IMG/VR virus record: IMGVR_UViG_3300005529_000001
Location: 1 to 64,000 of that record
Length of the DNA stretch: 64,000 bases
Reading direction: 5' to 3' (one strand)
The notes under the pieces were generated by a model, which searched no databases, had not been told where the DNA came from, and saw nothing but the letters and a program-made list of their open reading frames with translations. How positions within the stretch are numbered: position 1 is the stretch's first letter; each line of letters opens with the position of its first letter. Below, piece after piece: positions 1-8,928 of the stretch. The position numbers and the translations under genes are program-made.

Positions 1-55
1 GCGTTCACTTGTTCCTGTGTCACCTTCCGGCGAGCATGCTTGATCTTCTTGTCTT

Positions 56-382
56 TCACTTCAATCTCTCGCTCGCTTTGATCGCCTGTTCGTGACTACT
101 CCCGATCATCTTATACAAGTCTTCGGGTGACCATCCTGGTAGTGCCGTTCCTGTCGAGTGAAAGACCTCAGCTTTCTGGTGACACGGCGGGCACAACGAG
201 ATGCCATTTTCCTTGACGTAGCCACCGTTTGGCATCAGGTTTCGATCGGTGATGTGATGAGCATCGAGCTCCACTTCACCCGGTCGGATGAGAGCCCAAC
301 CACAACCCCGACACCGGCTGTTGTCGCGATGAAACACGGCATTGCGAAATCGCTCTCTGACCAGCTTTTTCTCGCTTGACAT
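56..382 (-). CDS. HNH endonuclease
   Basis: CRGC...LDAHHI...NGISLCPPCH; start trimmed to MSSEKK. Confidence 0.85.
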   Translation of the reverse strand: MSSEKKLVRERFRNAVFHRDNSRCRGCGWALIRPGEVELDAHHITDRNLMPNGGYVKENGISLCPPCHQKAEVFHSTGTALPGWSPEDLYKMIGSSHEQAIKASERLK

Positions 383-386
383 CGCA

Positions 387-599
387 TCACCTGAACAGCA
401 TGCAAAACTCTTCCCACCTACGTCGCCAGATCGCTCGTCTCTGAGCCCGACGAGCTTGGCGCTTTCGCTCTTTGGCTTCTTGTTCCTGTGTGCACTGCTG
501 GCACCAGCGGCCAGCACCATTCTGACAGTTGTGCTTCCAGCACCACGGGATGCAGAAACAAGAATCAGGTGGGTTGCCGCAGTTGAAACACTCGAACAT
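387..599 (-). CDS. Cys-rich (zinc-finger-like) hypothetical protein
   Basis: ATG start, multiple CxxC, abuts HNH gene. Confidence 0.55.
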   Translation of the reverse strand: MFECFNCGNPPDSCFCIPWCWKHNCQNGAGRWCQQCTQEQEAKERKRQARRAQRRAIWRRRWEEFCMLFR

Positions 600-682
600 T
601 TGAACTCTTGGCGGTGACGTCCCGCTTCAGGACTGCACCGTACCACACTGGGTTGCAGTTATGCATTAGTCTGTAGTTCGAT

Positions 683-757
683 ACGTTCACCTTAGCGAGT
701 CACCCGCTTATGCCAGGCGCAAGGACCCGAGCGACCGTCGGCGATGGTTACTTGCGT
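683..757 (-). ncRNA. AGUA/GAA module copy A
   Basis: ACG-CA-AGUA-ACC...GGU-GAA-CGU, downstream of tRNA-Gly(CCC). Confidence 0.6.
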
Positions 758-763
758 CTTCCT

Positions 764-837
764 GGGAGCGACCGACGGGGTTCGAACCCGTGCCTGCAAG
801 TTGGGAACCTGCATTGCTACCACTACACCACGGTCGC
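764..837 (-). tRNA. trnG: tRNA-Gly(CCC)
   Basis: cloverleaf, GCAGG-TTCCCAA-CTTGC. Confidence 0.9.
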
Positions 838-841
838 GTTT

Positions 842-902
842 CGCTTTCACCTACGCCCCCTCCGGGTCATACCCAGCGGGGGTTTGGGAGTGGTTACTTG
901 CG
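842..902 (-). ncRNA. AGUA/GAA module copy B
   Basis: CGC-A-AGUA-ACC...GGU-GAA-A-GCG; inner CCCCC/GGGGG stem. Confidence 0.65.
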
Positions 903-975
903 GAGCGGGCAACGGGATTCGAACCCGTGACACCCTGCTTGGAAGGCAGGAACTCTACCGCTGAGTTATGCCCGC
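902..975 (-). tRNA. trnG: tRNA-Gly(TCC)
   Basis: CCTGC-CTTCCAA-GCAGG. Confidence 0.95.
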
Positions 976-993
976 ATGTCTTTAACTATCTTA

Positions 994-1869
994 CTACGCA
1001 GCTACGTCTCCGTTCAACTTGGTGCTCAGAGCCTGGTAACGTACCAGGATGTCGGTCTGGTCTTCCAGCACCGCTCGTTGGTGTGAGAAAGCGAAGTGAC
1101 AAACCACTGCATCTCCAACGATCCACAGCGGTTTCAATAACTGTTCTGGGATCCGAGTCGTCAGTTCCACTTCGTCACGGGGGCCCACCTGACCGCCAAA
1201 CCTCTTGAATGATTCTCCGGTCCATGCCATCGTACCGATGCGTTGCCGGCCGGTGATGTAGTGAGAATCAAAATAGAGATCCTCGACGTGGTTGGTCTCA
1301 GCAAGCTCAAGAAAGCGCTTGTGGATGTGTGCTGCAAACTCGCCGTTGGTGCACGCGATTGGGCACCGTGGGTCACCAGTCGAGTGACCGAGATCGACGT
1401 CTAGGGTCCCCCTGTCCTGTTGCAGCTTTGACGTGTATGGGATGTTGAAGACATTACCAACGCAAGCGTAGTTGTGAGGCTCCCGATCGATGACAGCCCC
1501 GAACATGTTCTGGAAGAACTCATCATGCACGTAACAGATGTCATCATCGATCTTGCAATACAACGTGTTGGGTTCGATGCAATCAGAGTAGAACCTGTAG
1601 ATCGAGTCGTTGAACTGGTAGTGGTTACGTTTGGCGTCGTACAGGGCTTTGTTCAGCTGCCCCTTCGGCATCGATCGCTTGACCTTTGGGAATGTCTGTT
1701 CCATTCTCGCGAAGTACTCGAGGTCGCTCTCCACGTCGGTGTTGACCCACAACCTGACCTCATCAATGATGCCAGCATGACGGTCAGCCAAGAGGTACGG
1801 GAGCAACACCCTGAGGTACCGGTAACGGCCCGAAGGCACGCAAATGACGACCTTTCGTCCTTGGAACAT
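994..1869 (-). CDS. GT-A fold glycosyltransferase-like protein
   Basis: N-terminal VVICVPSGR strand, KIDDDIC DxD motif. Confidence 0.6.
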   Translation of the reverse strand: MFQGRKVVICVPSGRYRYLRVLLPYLLADRHAGIIDEVRLWVNTDVESDLEYFARMEQTFPKVKRSMPKGQLNKALYDAKRNHYQFNDSIYRFYSDCIEPNTLYCKIDDDICYVHDEFFQNMFGAVIDREPHNYACVGNVFNIPYTSKLQQDRGTLDVDLGHSTGDPRCPIACTNGEFAAHIHKRFLELAETNHVEDLYFDSHYITGRQRIGTMAWTGESFKRFGGQVGPRDEVELTTRIPEQLLKPLWIVGDAVVCHFAFSHQRAVLEDQTDILVRYQALSTKLNGDVAA

Positions 1870-1880
1870 GCCAGATTATA

Positions 1881-1950
1881 CCACGTTCACCTATGGCGGC
1901 CAGTGTCGTTATCTGTTAGCTGGTGCACGCTTACGACTGGTTACTCGTGG
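1881..1950 (-). ncRNA. AGUA/GAA module copy C
   Basis: CCACG-AGUA-ACC...GGU-GAA-CGUGG; the CCA is that of tRNA-Gly(GCC). Confidence 0.75.
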
Positions 1951-2022
1951 AGCGGATGACGGGGCTCGAACCCGTGACATTGTGCTTGGCAAGCACACAT
2001 TCTACCACTGAATTACATCCGC
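1948..2022 (-). tRNA. trnG: tRNA-Gly(GCC)
   Basis: GTGC-TTGCCAA-GCAC, CCA encoded. Confidence 0.95.
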
Positions 2023-2044
2023 AATGATCGTAACTATACAACAC

Positions 2045-2134
2045 GGAGGAAGCGAAGGGATTCGAACCCTTGGGAGCCCAAGGGGCTCCACCAGCTTTCC
2101 AAGCTGGCCGTTTCAACCTCTCACGCACGCTTCC
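2045..2134 (-). tRNA. trnS: tRNA-Ser(GGA)
   Basis: long variable arm, CCAGC-TTGGAAA-GCTGG. Confidence 0.95.
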
Positions 2135-2137
2135 ATG

Positions 2138-2335
2138 TCACAGTTGTCTTGCTAGCTCATACTGCTCCTGTCGCAGGAGCTCAATCGCCGCATCGCCGAC
2201 GAAACACAAGCTGTTTTTGTTATCTTCAGCTTCGCGGATCATCTCCTTGATGTGTTTAGCACGCTCAAGAAGACGTTCCCTGGTAGTTGGATTGCGGCCC
2301 CCGAACACGTCTGTTTTCAAGCACATCAGGCACAT
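2138..2335 (-). CDS. hypothetical protein
   Basis: ORF filling gap between tRNA and upstream gene. Confidence 0.5.
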   Translation of the reverse strand: MCLMCLKTDVFGGRNPTTRERLLERAKHIKEMIREAEDNKNSLCFVGDAAIELLRQEQYELARQL

Positions 2336-2350
2336 GTTGTAACTTACCGT

Positions 2351-2878
2351 TCAGTTGGAGCTGTGTTTCTTTGACTTGACTGGTGGTTTGGGACGGAGCG
2401 TGTTCCACAACGCTTCTTGGTCTTCGTACGAGTCATGGACCATGCGCACGAAGTCTTCAGCTCGTGACATCGGCAGGATGAGAAAGGTTCCCTTGGGCAA
2501 ACGATTTTTGTTGGGTCGACCCGGGTACCGAGTCTGGCCTGGTTGCAATCCATCTTCAGCGTGGGAACCAACGTACGAAGCGAGCGACAACGTTGGGTGC
2601 TTGCTGTTTCGTAACTCAGCGCCCATGTCCTCAAGATCATCACCAAAGCCGCCCAAGTCGTAGTCAGATACATCAAAGGCGTACTTTTCATCACTTTCGG
2701 GATCGAATCCCGGGAGAAACGATCCGTCATCAGGACCAAAATCTGAGGGTTCACCGCAACGAGCGCATTGCTCACCGTGTATCCCGCTGGTTTTCTGGTC
2801 AAAACCACACCGACCACATGACCAGGTCGCAACAGCCTCCTGAACCAAACGGCGAAGCATTGCAAGACGGATCCGCAT
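2351..2878 (-). CDS. hypothetical protein with MRIRLAMLRRLVQEA N-terminus and Zn ribbon
   Basis: start trimmed downstream of tRNA; CxxC...CxxC. Confidence 0.6.
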   Translation of the reverse strand: MRIRLAMLRRLVQEAVATWSCGRCGFDQKTSGIHGEQCARCGEPSDFGPDDGSFLPGFDPESDEKYAFDVSDYDLGGFGDDLEDMGAELRNSKHPTLSLASYVGSHAEDGLQPGQTRYPGRPNKNRLPKGTFLILPMSRAEDFVRMVHDSYEDQEALWNTLRPKPPVKSKKHSSN

Positions 2879-2889
2879 CGCAGTAACTA

Positions 2890-2983
2890 TGGAGGAAGGG
2901 AGGGGATTCGAACCCCTGGGAGCCCTCACGGGCCCCTCTCGCTTTCGAGGCGAGCGCCTTAAGCCAGACTCAGCCACCCTTCC
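2890..2983 (-). tRNA. trnS: tRNA-Ser(CGA)
   Basis: CTCGC-CTCGAAA-GCGAG, long variable arm. Confidence 0.95.
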
Positions 2984-2989
2984 AGTCGT

Positions 2990-3250
2990 TCAAATGCAAG
3001 ACTGTTTGCGATTCGATGCCCAACCCATGTCAACCGCATACGCATCCCGCGTCATCTTCAACGATTGTTTGGCAGTGAGCCAGTGATGTGGGTACACCGT
3101 GAAGTGGGTGATGTGACCGCACGCTGGACACTCGTGTTCGTACTCTCCGGGTTGGAACACCATCATTGATGGCGGCAGGTGTTCACGAGATTGGCACGGG
3201 TGAAAACGCTTGTCACAGGGGTCGATGTCTCTGATCTTTCGTGTGGGCAT
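2990..3250 (-). CDS. small Zn-ribbon protein
   Basis: HECPACGH motif. Confidence 0.55.
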   Translation of the reverse strand: MPTRKIRDIDPCDKRFHPCQSREHLPPSMMVFQPGEYEHECPACGHITHFTVYPHHWLTAKQSLKMTRDAYAVDMGWASNRKQSCI

Positions 3251-3284
3251 TGTTTTTCTTTTGTTGTAGACCCATTGGGTCGTT

Positions 3285-3375
3285 AGAGGAGGGTGAGGGA
3301 TTCGAACCCCCGGGACCCCTTTCGAGGTCCTTCCGCTTTCAAGGCGGCTGCCTTAGGCCACTCAGCCAACCCTCC
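3285..3375 (-). tRNA. trnS: tRNA-Ser(TGA)
   Basis: CCGC-CTTGAAA-GCGG, long variable arm. Confidence 0.95.
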
Positions 3376-3383
3376 ACGTGAGA

Positions 3384-3590
3384 CTACTTTCGTTTCCCCT
3401 TCTTGGTCTTTGCAGATTGTTCTTGGTACATGTCTGGATGTTCTTGCGCGGTGTGTTCGTGATAGCAGTGGACGCACACCGTCGCCGGGCACTTGAGACA
3501 CAGCCACATCTCAGACGAGTCATTGGCGGGCCCGCGCTGGGGTGCGCTGACCTGGACGACCTTTTCACCGCAGTTAGGACAGGGGATCAT
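3384..3590 (-). CDS. Zn-finger hypothetical protein
   Basis: CPNC, CLKC, CVHCYHEH. Confidence 0.6.
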   Translation of the reverse strand: MIPCPNCGEKVVQVSAPQRGPANDSSEMWLCLKCPATVCVHCYHEHTAQEHPDMYQEQSAKTKKGKRK

Positions 3591-4006
3591 CGTTTCTTAT
3601 GACCGAACGTGGGCGTCTGAGAATGACAATTAGGGCACAACAAGCGCAAGTTCTCGAGGAGATGATTCGATGGTTGACCATCACGGTGATCGAGTTGAAG
3701 CGTGATAGGCAAACCGTTCCAGTCAACAATCCCACACCCTTCGCACTTGTACTCCTTCAACCCTTCCTTGACGAGTCGTTTCGCAAGTTTATGTGTAGGG
3801 TAGCCAGGGTGTTTTCCAGCGAGAATTTCTTGAAGAGGAATTTTGAGTCGGAAACCACCGTTCGTTCTTTGATAAACGCCGAAGTCTCGAGCTCGACGTT
3901 CGAAAATTCCCTGACTGACACCACTACGCATCGCTGCTTCGCGAACGTTGTTGCTGGTATTGAGCAGATGTTCAATCTGTTCTTTCGTAAGACCGTCATC
4001 AACCAT
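3587..4006 (-). CDS. HNH endonuclease (HTH-like N-terminus plus HNH)
   Basis: CEGC...LQLDHRDG...NLRLLCPNCHSQT; ATG at 3' end of tRNA-Ser(GCT). Confidence 0.85.
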   Translation of the reverse strand: MVDDGLTKEQIEHLLNTSNNVREAAMRSGVSQGIFERRARDFGVYQRTNGGFRLKIPLQEILAGKHPGYPTHKLAKRLVKEGLKEYKCEGCGIVDWNGLPITLQLDHRDGQPSNHLLENLRLLCPNCHSQTPTFGHKKR

Positions 4007-4098
4007 GGGAGGAAGCGGAGGGATTCGAACCCTCGGGAGCCCTTCCGGGCCCCACTCGGTTAGCAACCGAGCGCCTTAAGCCTCTCGACCACGCTTCC
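4007..4098 (-). tRNA. trnS: tRNA-Ser(GCT)
   Basis: CTCGG-TTGCTAA-CCGAG. Confidence 0.95.
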
Positions 4099-4112
4099 AA
4101 TTTGCAGATATT

Positions 4113-4187
4113 AGTCGGCGCAGCGTGATTTGAACACGCGACATCCCGCTTGTAGGGCGGGCGCTTCTACCCCTGAGCTATGCGCCG
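4113..4187 (-). tRNA. trnV: tRNA-Val(TAC)
   Basis: CCCGC-CCTACAA-GCGGG (C33). Confidence 0.85.
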
Positions 4188-4196
4188 TCGCTGCTC

Positions 4197-4586
4197 TCAG
4201 AGCAGCGGTAAGTGTCCGGTGATCTTGTCGAGCTCTTCGACCTTGCACGGGCCGAAAGCAGCGCAGGTCAGGGTGGGGACACCATGGAACTCTGTCTTAC
4301 CGGCATCGATGATCGGGTGGACTTCGATGTCAGCTAGCTCTGCTCTGAAGATGAGGTCACGCAGTTCCTCTTCGCTGCCACAGCGGACGACAGCCTTGGT
4401 GAACGACCCGGACAGGAGCCACTGAGCCTCTTCAAGCGAGAGCTTGACAACGATCTCATCGCCACGCTCGCTTTCGTTGTTGTCAACGAGGAACTTCATT
4501 GCGGCGTGAGCACCTTGGGCGATCATCTTGCCCTTACGCATGTTCAGATCGGTGCGTACAACGATGACTTGCTTCACGTCGCTCAT
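4197..4586 (-). CDS. pth2: peptidyl-tRNA hydrolase, Pth2 type
   Basis: KQVIVVRTDLNMRKGKMIAQGAHA...DAGKTEF...T...GP...ITGHLPLL. Confidence 0.92.
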   Translation of the reverse strand: MSDVKQVIVVRTDLNMRKGKMIAQGAHAAMKFLVDNNESERGDEIVVKLSLEEAQWLLSGSFTKAVVRCGSEEELRDLIFRAELADIEVHPIIDAGKTEFHGVPTLTCAAFGPCKVEELDKITGHLPLL

Positions 4587-4627
4587 AGCTACCTCCAGGT
4601 TTTCAAAGAACGCCACGTCCGAAGACG

Positions 4628-4702
4628 TGGTGACCCGTGTTGGATTCGAACCAACGACCACCTGCTTGTCGAGCAGGTGCGCTACCGCTGCGCCAACGGG
4701 CC
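4628..4702 (-). tRNA. trnV: tRNA-Val(GAC)
   Basis: CCTGC-TCGACAA-GCAGG (C33). Confidence 0.9.
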
Positions 4703-4751
4703 TTGAAGAAGGTGTGTCCAGGTTCATGGTACACCTTCAAGTAAGTATCGA

Positions 4752-5147
4752 TCAGGTCTGGCGACTGTCTGCACCCGGGCGTTTCGAGCGTTCCTCTGCC
4801 CGACGGTCCTTGGCCTTCAGGCGCCCACCTGTCACCGTTTCGGGCGCTTCCGTGACCTGAACCGGGGTTGCATCCTTCGAAGCTTCCCTGGCTTTTCTGG
4901 TGGGCTTGGAGGGGTTGTCGATCAGGTCCTGGAGCCGAGCGCGTTGGGCCTTAGCCCCGACGCCCTTGCCCAGCCGCGAATCGAGCGCAGCAAGCTGAGC
5001 CTTCGGGCTCAGGGCTGACCACACCCCCTGTCGCTCCTTGGCTTCCTTGCGCCGGAGCTCGATGTTGGCCGGGTTGTGGCGTCGCCCGCCGACGCCCGGG
5101 TAACGTCGCTTCGAGTTGTCCTTCTTGCCTGACTTCGTGCTTTCCAT
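4752..5147 (-). CDS. basic hypothetical protein
   Basis: ATG-started ORF, K/R rich. Confidence 0.6.
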   Translation of the reverse strand: MESTKSGKKDNSKRRYPGVGGRRHNPANIELRRKEAKERQGVWSALSPKAQLAALDSRLGKGVGAKAQRARLQDLIDNPSKPTRKAREASKDATPVQVTEAPETVTGGRLKAKDRRAEERSKRPGADSRQT

Positions 5148-5150
5148 GTG

Positions 5151-5351
5151 TTACCTTCCGTATGTTGGGTCCTGGTGATCGAGATCGCGAGGGTTTCTTG
5201 CGGGAGGGCTTGGGCACACAGGGGCGACGTAGACGTACTTGTCTTCGACCTCGTGCGTGCATGGGTCACGTCGAGGCGTCTTGGGGATGTCCCACTCGCC
5301 AACGCAACCCACCAACGACGCCAACAACACGGCCCAAACGAGCGTCCGCAT
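5151..5351 (-). CDS. putative lipoprotein
   Basis: MRTLVWAVLLASLVGC lipobox; TACGAT 6 nt before ATG. Confidence 0.6.
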   Translation of the reverse strand: MRTLVWAVLLASLVGCVGEWDIPKTPRRDPCTHEVEDKYVYVAPVCPSPPARNPRDLDHQDPTYGR

Positions 5352-5387
5352 GGTGGAATCGTACCACTGCAACATCACGCTTTCACT

Positions 5388-5464
5388 TGTACCCCCGACA
5401 GGATTCGAACCTGTATGTTTCCGCTTAGAAGGCGGATGCCTAAGTCCGTTCGCGCCACGGGGGC
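5388..5464 (-). tRNA. trnR: tRNA-Arg(TCT)
   Basis: TCCGC-CTTCTAA-GCGGA. Confidence 0.92.
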
Positions 5465-5468
5465 ATTT

Positions 5469-5595
5469 CACACGTTCACCTACAGTCCATCGCGGGAATT
5501 GCACCCGCACCCCCTGGATTTCAGCCAAGTGTGCTACTGTTACTACCAGACGGCTCAGAGACCCGCTCCGTTAGGAGCTTTGGGTTACTGGTGTG
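5469..5595 (-). ncRNA. AGUA/GAA module copy D carrying a CCA-less tRNA-Phe(GAA)-like body (5484-5555)
   Basis: CACAC-C-AGUA-ACC...GGU-GAA-C-GUGUG; inner CTTGG-CTGAAAT-CCAGG and T-arm GCGGG-TGCAATT-CCCGC. Confidence 0.75.
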
Positions 5596-5669
5596 GTCTC
5601 ACCGGCGAGAGTCGAACTCGCGGCTTTCACCTTCGGAGGGTGACACTCTGTCCACTGAGTTACGGTGAG
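5594..5669 (-). tRNA. trnR: tRNA-Arg(CCG)
   Basis: TCACC-CTCCGAA-GGTGA. Confidence 0.92.
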
Positions 5670-5674
5670 ATGTC

Positions 5675-5758
5675 GGGATCTTTCAACTGTTGCCGGACTC
5701 GCACCGGTTGAGCGACTCTTTGATGCGCCTCGTCTTAGTTGATCGTTTACTGGATCCC
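5675..5758 (-). ncRNA. AGUA/GAA module copy P (AAC/GUU variant)
   Basis: GGGAUC-C-AGUA-AAC...GUU-GAA-A-GAUCCC; T-arm-like CCGG-TGCGAGT-CCGG. Confidence 0.7.
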
Positions 5759-5762
5759 TGTT

Positions 5763-5839
5763 TGGTCTCCGAGGAGGGATTCGAACCCCCGACGTCCGCC
5801 TTAGGAGTGCGGCATTCTGTCCAGCTGAATTACTCGGAG
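5763..5839 (-). tRNA. trnR: tRNA-Arg(CCT)
   Basis: loop CTCCTAA, A.G mismatch at 31-39. Confidence 0.85.
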
Positions 5840-5915
5840 AGTTTTGCCGGATCATCGCCCGGTCGCTTACTCTTAATGTTGTGACCTCTTGTGGAATGGA
5901 TCAACACGTTACCAA

Positions 5916-6000
5916 CATCGCATTTCACATTCACCTATGTGGGTACAAACCACTGCGACGGGCGAACCCGCCATCGGACTTCAGTTGTTACTTGGCGATG
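5916..6000 (-). ncRNA. AGUA/GAA module copy E (ACA/UGU variant)
   Basis: CAUCGC-CA-AGUA-ACA...UGU-GAA-AU-GCGAUG; inner UUCG hairpin; overlaps stop codon of upstream CDS. Confidence 0.65.
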
Positions 6001-6659
6001 TCTTTGATGAAGCGAGGGTAGTGCTCGTCATGGACGGCTTTCAGCTTCGCTTGCAAGTCTTGGAACCTACCCTCAAATGGTTCCAATTTCTCGCTCTTTT
6101 CGAAGATCTTGCCGCCTTCAGTCAGGTATGCTTGGACCTCATCGTAGAAAGTCTTCTCAGTGTAACCCTTAGCGAACAGGACCTCACGCATCAGGTCCAA
6201 CAACTCCGGGTCCGTCATGTGGATGATACCCAGGCACCGGTCGCGGTAGCTGTGGTCAAGGTAGAACATCGCATGTGTCATCTCGTGGACATCAAGCACC
6301 CCATCATCCATGACACCGATCAGATATGCTTCACGAGTCTCCATCTTGATGAGACGGTAGATCGCATACATCAGCTGGTCATACTGGTTTGGGTCCTCTA
6401 GGCCCATGTCAAACACCTGTTTGATGACCTCGACCGGGATGTTGAAACCGCCCCAATCACCCGAGGCATAGCTGAAGTGCCCGTCTTCGCCTTGTTCTTT
6501 TGAGTACCACGTCATGAACTCAGCGATCGTGAACTTCTTGTCATGGTACCGTGGGCTCTCGTAGAACTCCTGGTAGCGCAAGAAAGTCATGCACATCTGG
6601 AACGAGTCGTTGAAACGTAGCTCGTAAACTCCTTCGCGAAGCTTGCTGAATTTGAACAT
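5988..6659 (-). CDS. hypothetical phage protein
   Basis: long ORF; start trimmed to MFKFSK. Confidence 0.7.
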   Translation of the reverse strand: MFKFSKLREGVYELRFNDSFQMCMTFLRYQEFYESPRYHDKKFTIAEFMTWYSKEQGEDGHFSYASGDWGGFNIPVEVIKQVFDMGLEDPNQYDQLMYAIYRLIKMETREAYLIGVMDDGVLDVHEMTHAMFYLDHSYRDRCLGIIHMTDPELLDLMREVLFAKGYTEKTFYDEVQAYLTEGGKIFEKSEKLEPFEGRFQDLQAKLKAVHDEHYPRFIKDIAK

Positions 6660-6669
6660 GGTTGTAGGT

Positions 6670-6784
6670 GATTGACGTTCACCTCTTCGGAGTTTCACCG
6701 ACTTCGCGTACTCACCCAGCCTTAAAAGCGACCGAGCTTTCGACTGCCGATCCCGGCGAGTTTATGTTGGTTACTCTGTCAATC
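6670..6784 (-). ncRNA. AGUA/GAA module copy F
   Basis: GAUUGAC-AG-AGUA-ACC...GGU-GAA-C-GUCAAUC; inner ACUCGCC/GGGUGAGU and TCGG-TGAAACT-CCGA. Confidence 0.75.
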
Positions 6785-6868
6785 GTACCGACGAAGGGAT
6801 TCGAACCCCCACGCCCTTGCGGGCACTGCGACCTGAACGCAGCGTGTCTACCGTTCCACCACGTCGGC
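6783..6868 (-). tRNA. trnL: tRNA-Leu(CAG)
   Basis: CTGCG-TTCAGGT-CGCAG, long variable arm. Confidence 0.93.
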
Positions 6869-6883
6869 GTGGCTACACTCTAC

Positions 6884-7312
6884 TTAACCCTCTTCTCGTT
6901 TGCACTCATCACGGACCTCCATGAGGATGCGTCCGAGCCAGTTCGAACCCTTCCCGCGGCAAACGCCCCAGAACGTGTCATTCCACCAGTTGCCCTCAAC
7001 GAGCTTTGCATCACCCGTTGCCAGCAACATCGCTCGGAATAACGGGTTCTTGAACTTCTCCTGGACGAGCTGGCGCATCAGAGCGACTTTTGTCGATTCC
7101 CAATCACGGGGGAGCGAAGCTGCCTTGCCTAATTTCTTAGCTTCTCCAGGCGTCTTGGCGTTCCTAACCAGCTCGTGCCCACTGCCTTCTTTGCCAAACT
7201 TGAAAGCTTGGTATGCGTGTTCGACTGACGGGTAACGTAGACCGTTGACCCAGATCGATGACTCGTGGAAGTTGCTCAAGAAACCGAAGTCACCCCTGAA
7301 GGAGTCAATCAC
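6884..7312 (-). CDS. NADAR family protein
   Basis: FLSNF...YPSVEHAYQAFK...LVEGNWWNDTFWG...GSNWLGRILMEVR. Confidence 0.9.
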   Translation of the reverse strand: MIDSFRGDFGFLSNFHESSIWVNGLRYPSVEHAYQAFKFGKEGSGHELVRNAKTPGEAKKLGKAASLPRDWESTKVALMRQLVQEKFKNPLFRAMLLATGDAKLVEGNWWNDTFWGVCRGKGSNWLGRILMEVRDECKREEG

Positions 7313-7982
7313 CGTCTCCGAGATCAAAGTCTCTGATGTCCGCGGGAGGGTCGGGAGCTGGGGTTGCTGATGGTCCACCTTCGTTGATGCTTCGTTTGAT
7401 GGCAGCGATGAGTTCTTCGGTTTGTCGTTGTTGCTCACGTTCGTCCTCCGGGATGATGTGATTGATCGCGTAATAGAAGAGTGAACTGAAACCGGGAGCG
7501 TACTCTTCGAGCTCCGCTTCGAAGTAATTGCAACGCTTCAGAGCAGCTGCGGCTTCACGTGGGTTGCCCAAGTCAAACCTGACCAATGCAGGTTGGCATC
7601 GCTTGATAACTCGCCAGTATGCCGCGGCAGCATCATCAAACGCGTAAAACGCGCGGTACCAGTGCTTGTCACCCTTGTTGAAGTAGGTGGGTTGGTCTAC
7701 AGATGTCGGCCCAACGTTGCCCAAGTTGTGGTTGTATGATGCTCGCCCAGCTGCGTTCTCAAACGCTACCTGACCCCAGGCCATCGCAAGACGGTTCTTG
7801 CTGGGGTAGCTGCCAAAAACTTTCAGGTGACCGTCACGCAACGCTTGCAGCAGCTCCAGTTGAGTTAGTGGCGTCTTCACCGTTTCTACGTGTTCTCGCT
7901 TGGGTGGCTCCGCTTGTGCAGATCCGAGAGTGCAGCTGAACACAACAGTGATCAACGCGAAGAGCTTCTTCGCCCGGGACAT
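7305..7982 (-). CDS. secreted glucosaminidase/lysozyme-like (GH73-like) protein
   Basis: signal peptide; QVAFEN...NHNLGNV...YRAF...Y pattern. Confidence 0.5.
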   Translation of the reverse strand: MSRAKKLFALITVVFSCTLGSAQAEPPKREHVETVKTPLTQLELLQALRDGHLKVFGSYPSKNRLAMAWGQVAFENAAGRASYNHNLGNVGPTSVDQPTYFNKGDKHWYRAFYAFDDAAAAYWRVIKRCQPALVRFDLGNPREAAAALKRCNYFEAELEEYAPGFSSLFYYAINHIIPEDEREQQRQTEELIAAIKRSINEGGPSATPAPDPPADIRDFDLGDGD

Positions 7983-7999
7983 TGACTCAATCTACTAAG

Positions 8000-8572
8000 T
8001 CAGTCCCGCGTTGTTTCGTCACTTTCACCTGTACATTGTCCTGCAAGCGGGCACGCCGGTAGTTCACAGGTTCCCGTGTTTGGAGAATTGATGTCATCAG
8101 ATGAGGTACACAGCTTCCAAGGCAGCCCAGCCTTGACAACGCGTTTGAGCATGTCAGCAGTCCCACGTGATTCAGCGATGTTGTTGTGAAACGCTAGGAC
8201 CAGATCAATGGGCTCTTCAGGCTTGTTTTCTTCATCAAGCATCTGTTGGTTCCTGATCGGACCCGCTGCACGCTTGTGTTTGGTCCAGTCAGCTGGGTAT
8301 GGCCTGACTTCAAACATGAGTGCTTCAGCAACAGCGGCACAGATGATGTCAGCGCCGACACATGCACCGTGCACGAGGATGGTTCCAGGCCTGAAGCCTT
8401 TCAGCTCTTCAACGACACGGGTGATGTCATTCCAGTTCCTGTCACCAGTGACCAAGATCTTACGAACCTGTTTCTCTGACGGCAGCTTGCGACGTTCTTC
8501 GTCATCACGACGGTCATGGTAACGTCTGTCAGGCTTGTTACGCCTGATCTCGCCAGTCCTTTGCCGAGCCAT
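8000..8572 (-). CDS. SLOG-superfamily (DUF2493-like) protein
   Basis: ILVTGDR...LVHGACVGAD...YPADW...AAGPIRNQQML. Confidence 0.8.
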   Translation of the reverse strand: MARQRTGEIRRNKPDRRYHDRRDDEERRKLPSEKQVRKILVTGDRNWNDITRVVEELKGFRPGTILVHGACVGADIICAAVAEALMFEVRPYPADWTKHKRAAGPIRNQQMLDEENKPEEPIDLVLAFHNNIAESRGTADMLKRVVKAGLPWKLCTSSDDINSPNTGTCELPACPLAGQCTGESDETTRD

Positions 8573-8925
8573 CAGTGGGTTGTCACTGCGTAATGTTCGT
8601 CATGCTGACTGACGTTTTGGACGAGAAGCGTTAGCGTCTCGTTAACCTGAGGCGTGTAAGTCAAGTCACAACCGTCTTTGTTTGACGTGTCACGTTTGAT
8701 GAACTTACCGATCGCCATCCCCTCTTCCTTGCCGTGATAGAGGTAACAGTCCAAGTCACCCCCGTTACCCACGACACGGATGCTTGTCTGGATGTGCGCC
8801 GTGGCTGGGACCTCAACACGGGACAACAGTCCGGGCTTGAGGGTGCCCTCGTAAAAACCGTCTCCCGCAAGTGAAGTCGTGGCTGCCAAAAGAATCGCAG
8901 CCACGACACCTACTACGTGCTTCAT
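8572..8925 (-). CDS. secreted PPC-like beta-sandwich protein
   Basis: signal peptide; GNGGDLDCYLY motif. Confidence 0.55.
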   Translation of the reverse strand: MKHVVGVVAAILLAATTSLAGDGFYEGTLKPGLLSRVEVPATAHIQTSIRVVGNGGDLDCYLYHGKEEGMAIGKFIKRDTSNKDGCDLTYTPQVNETLTLLVQNVSQHDEHYAVTTH

Positions 8926-8928
8926 CGA

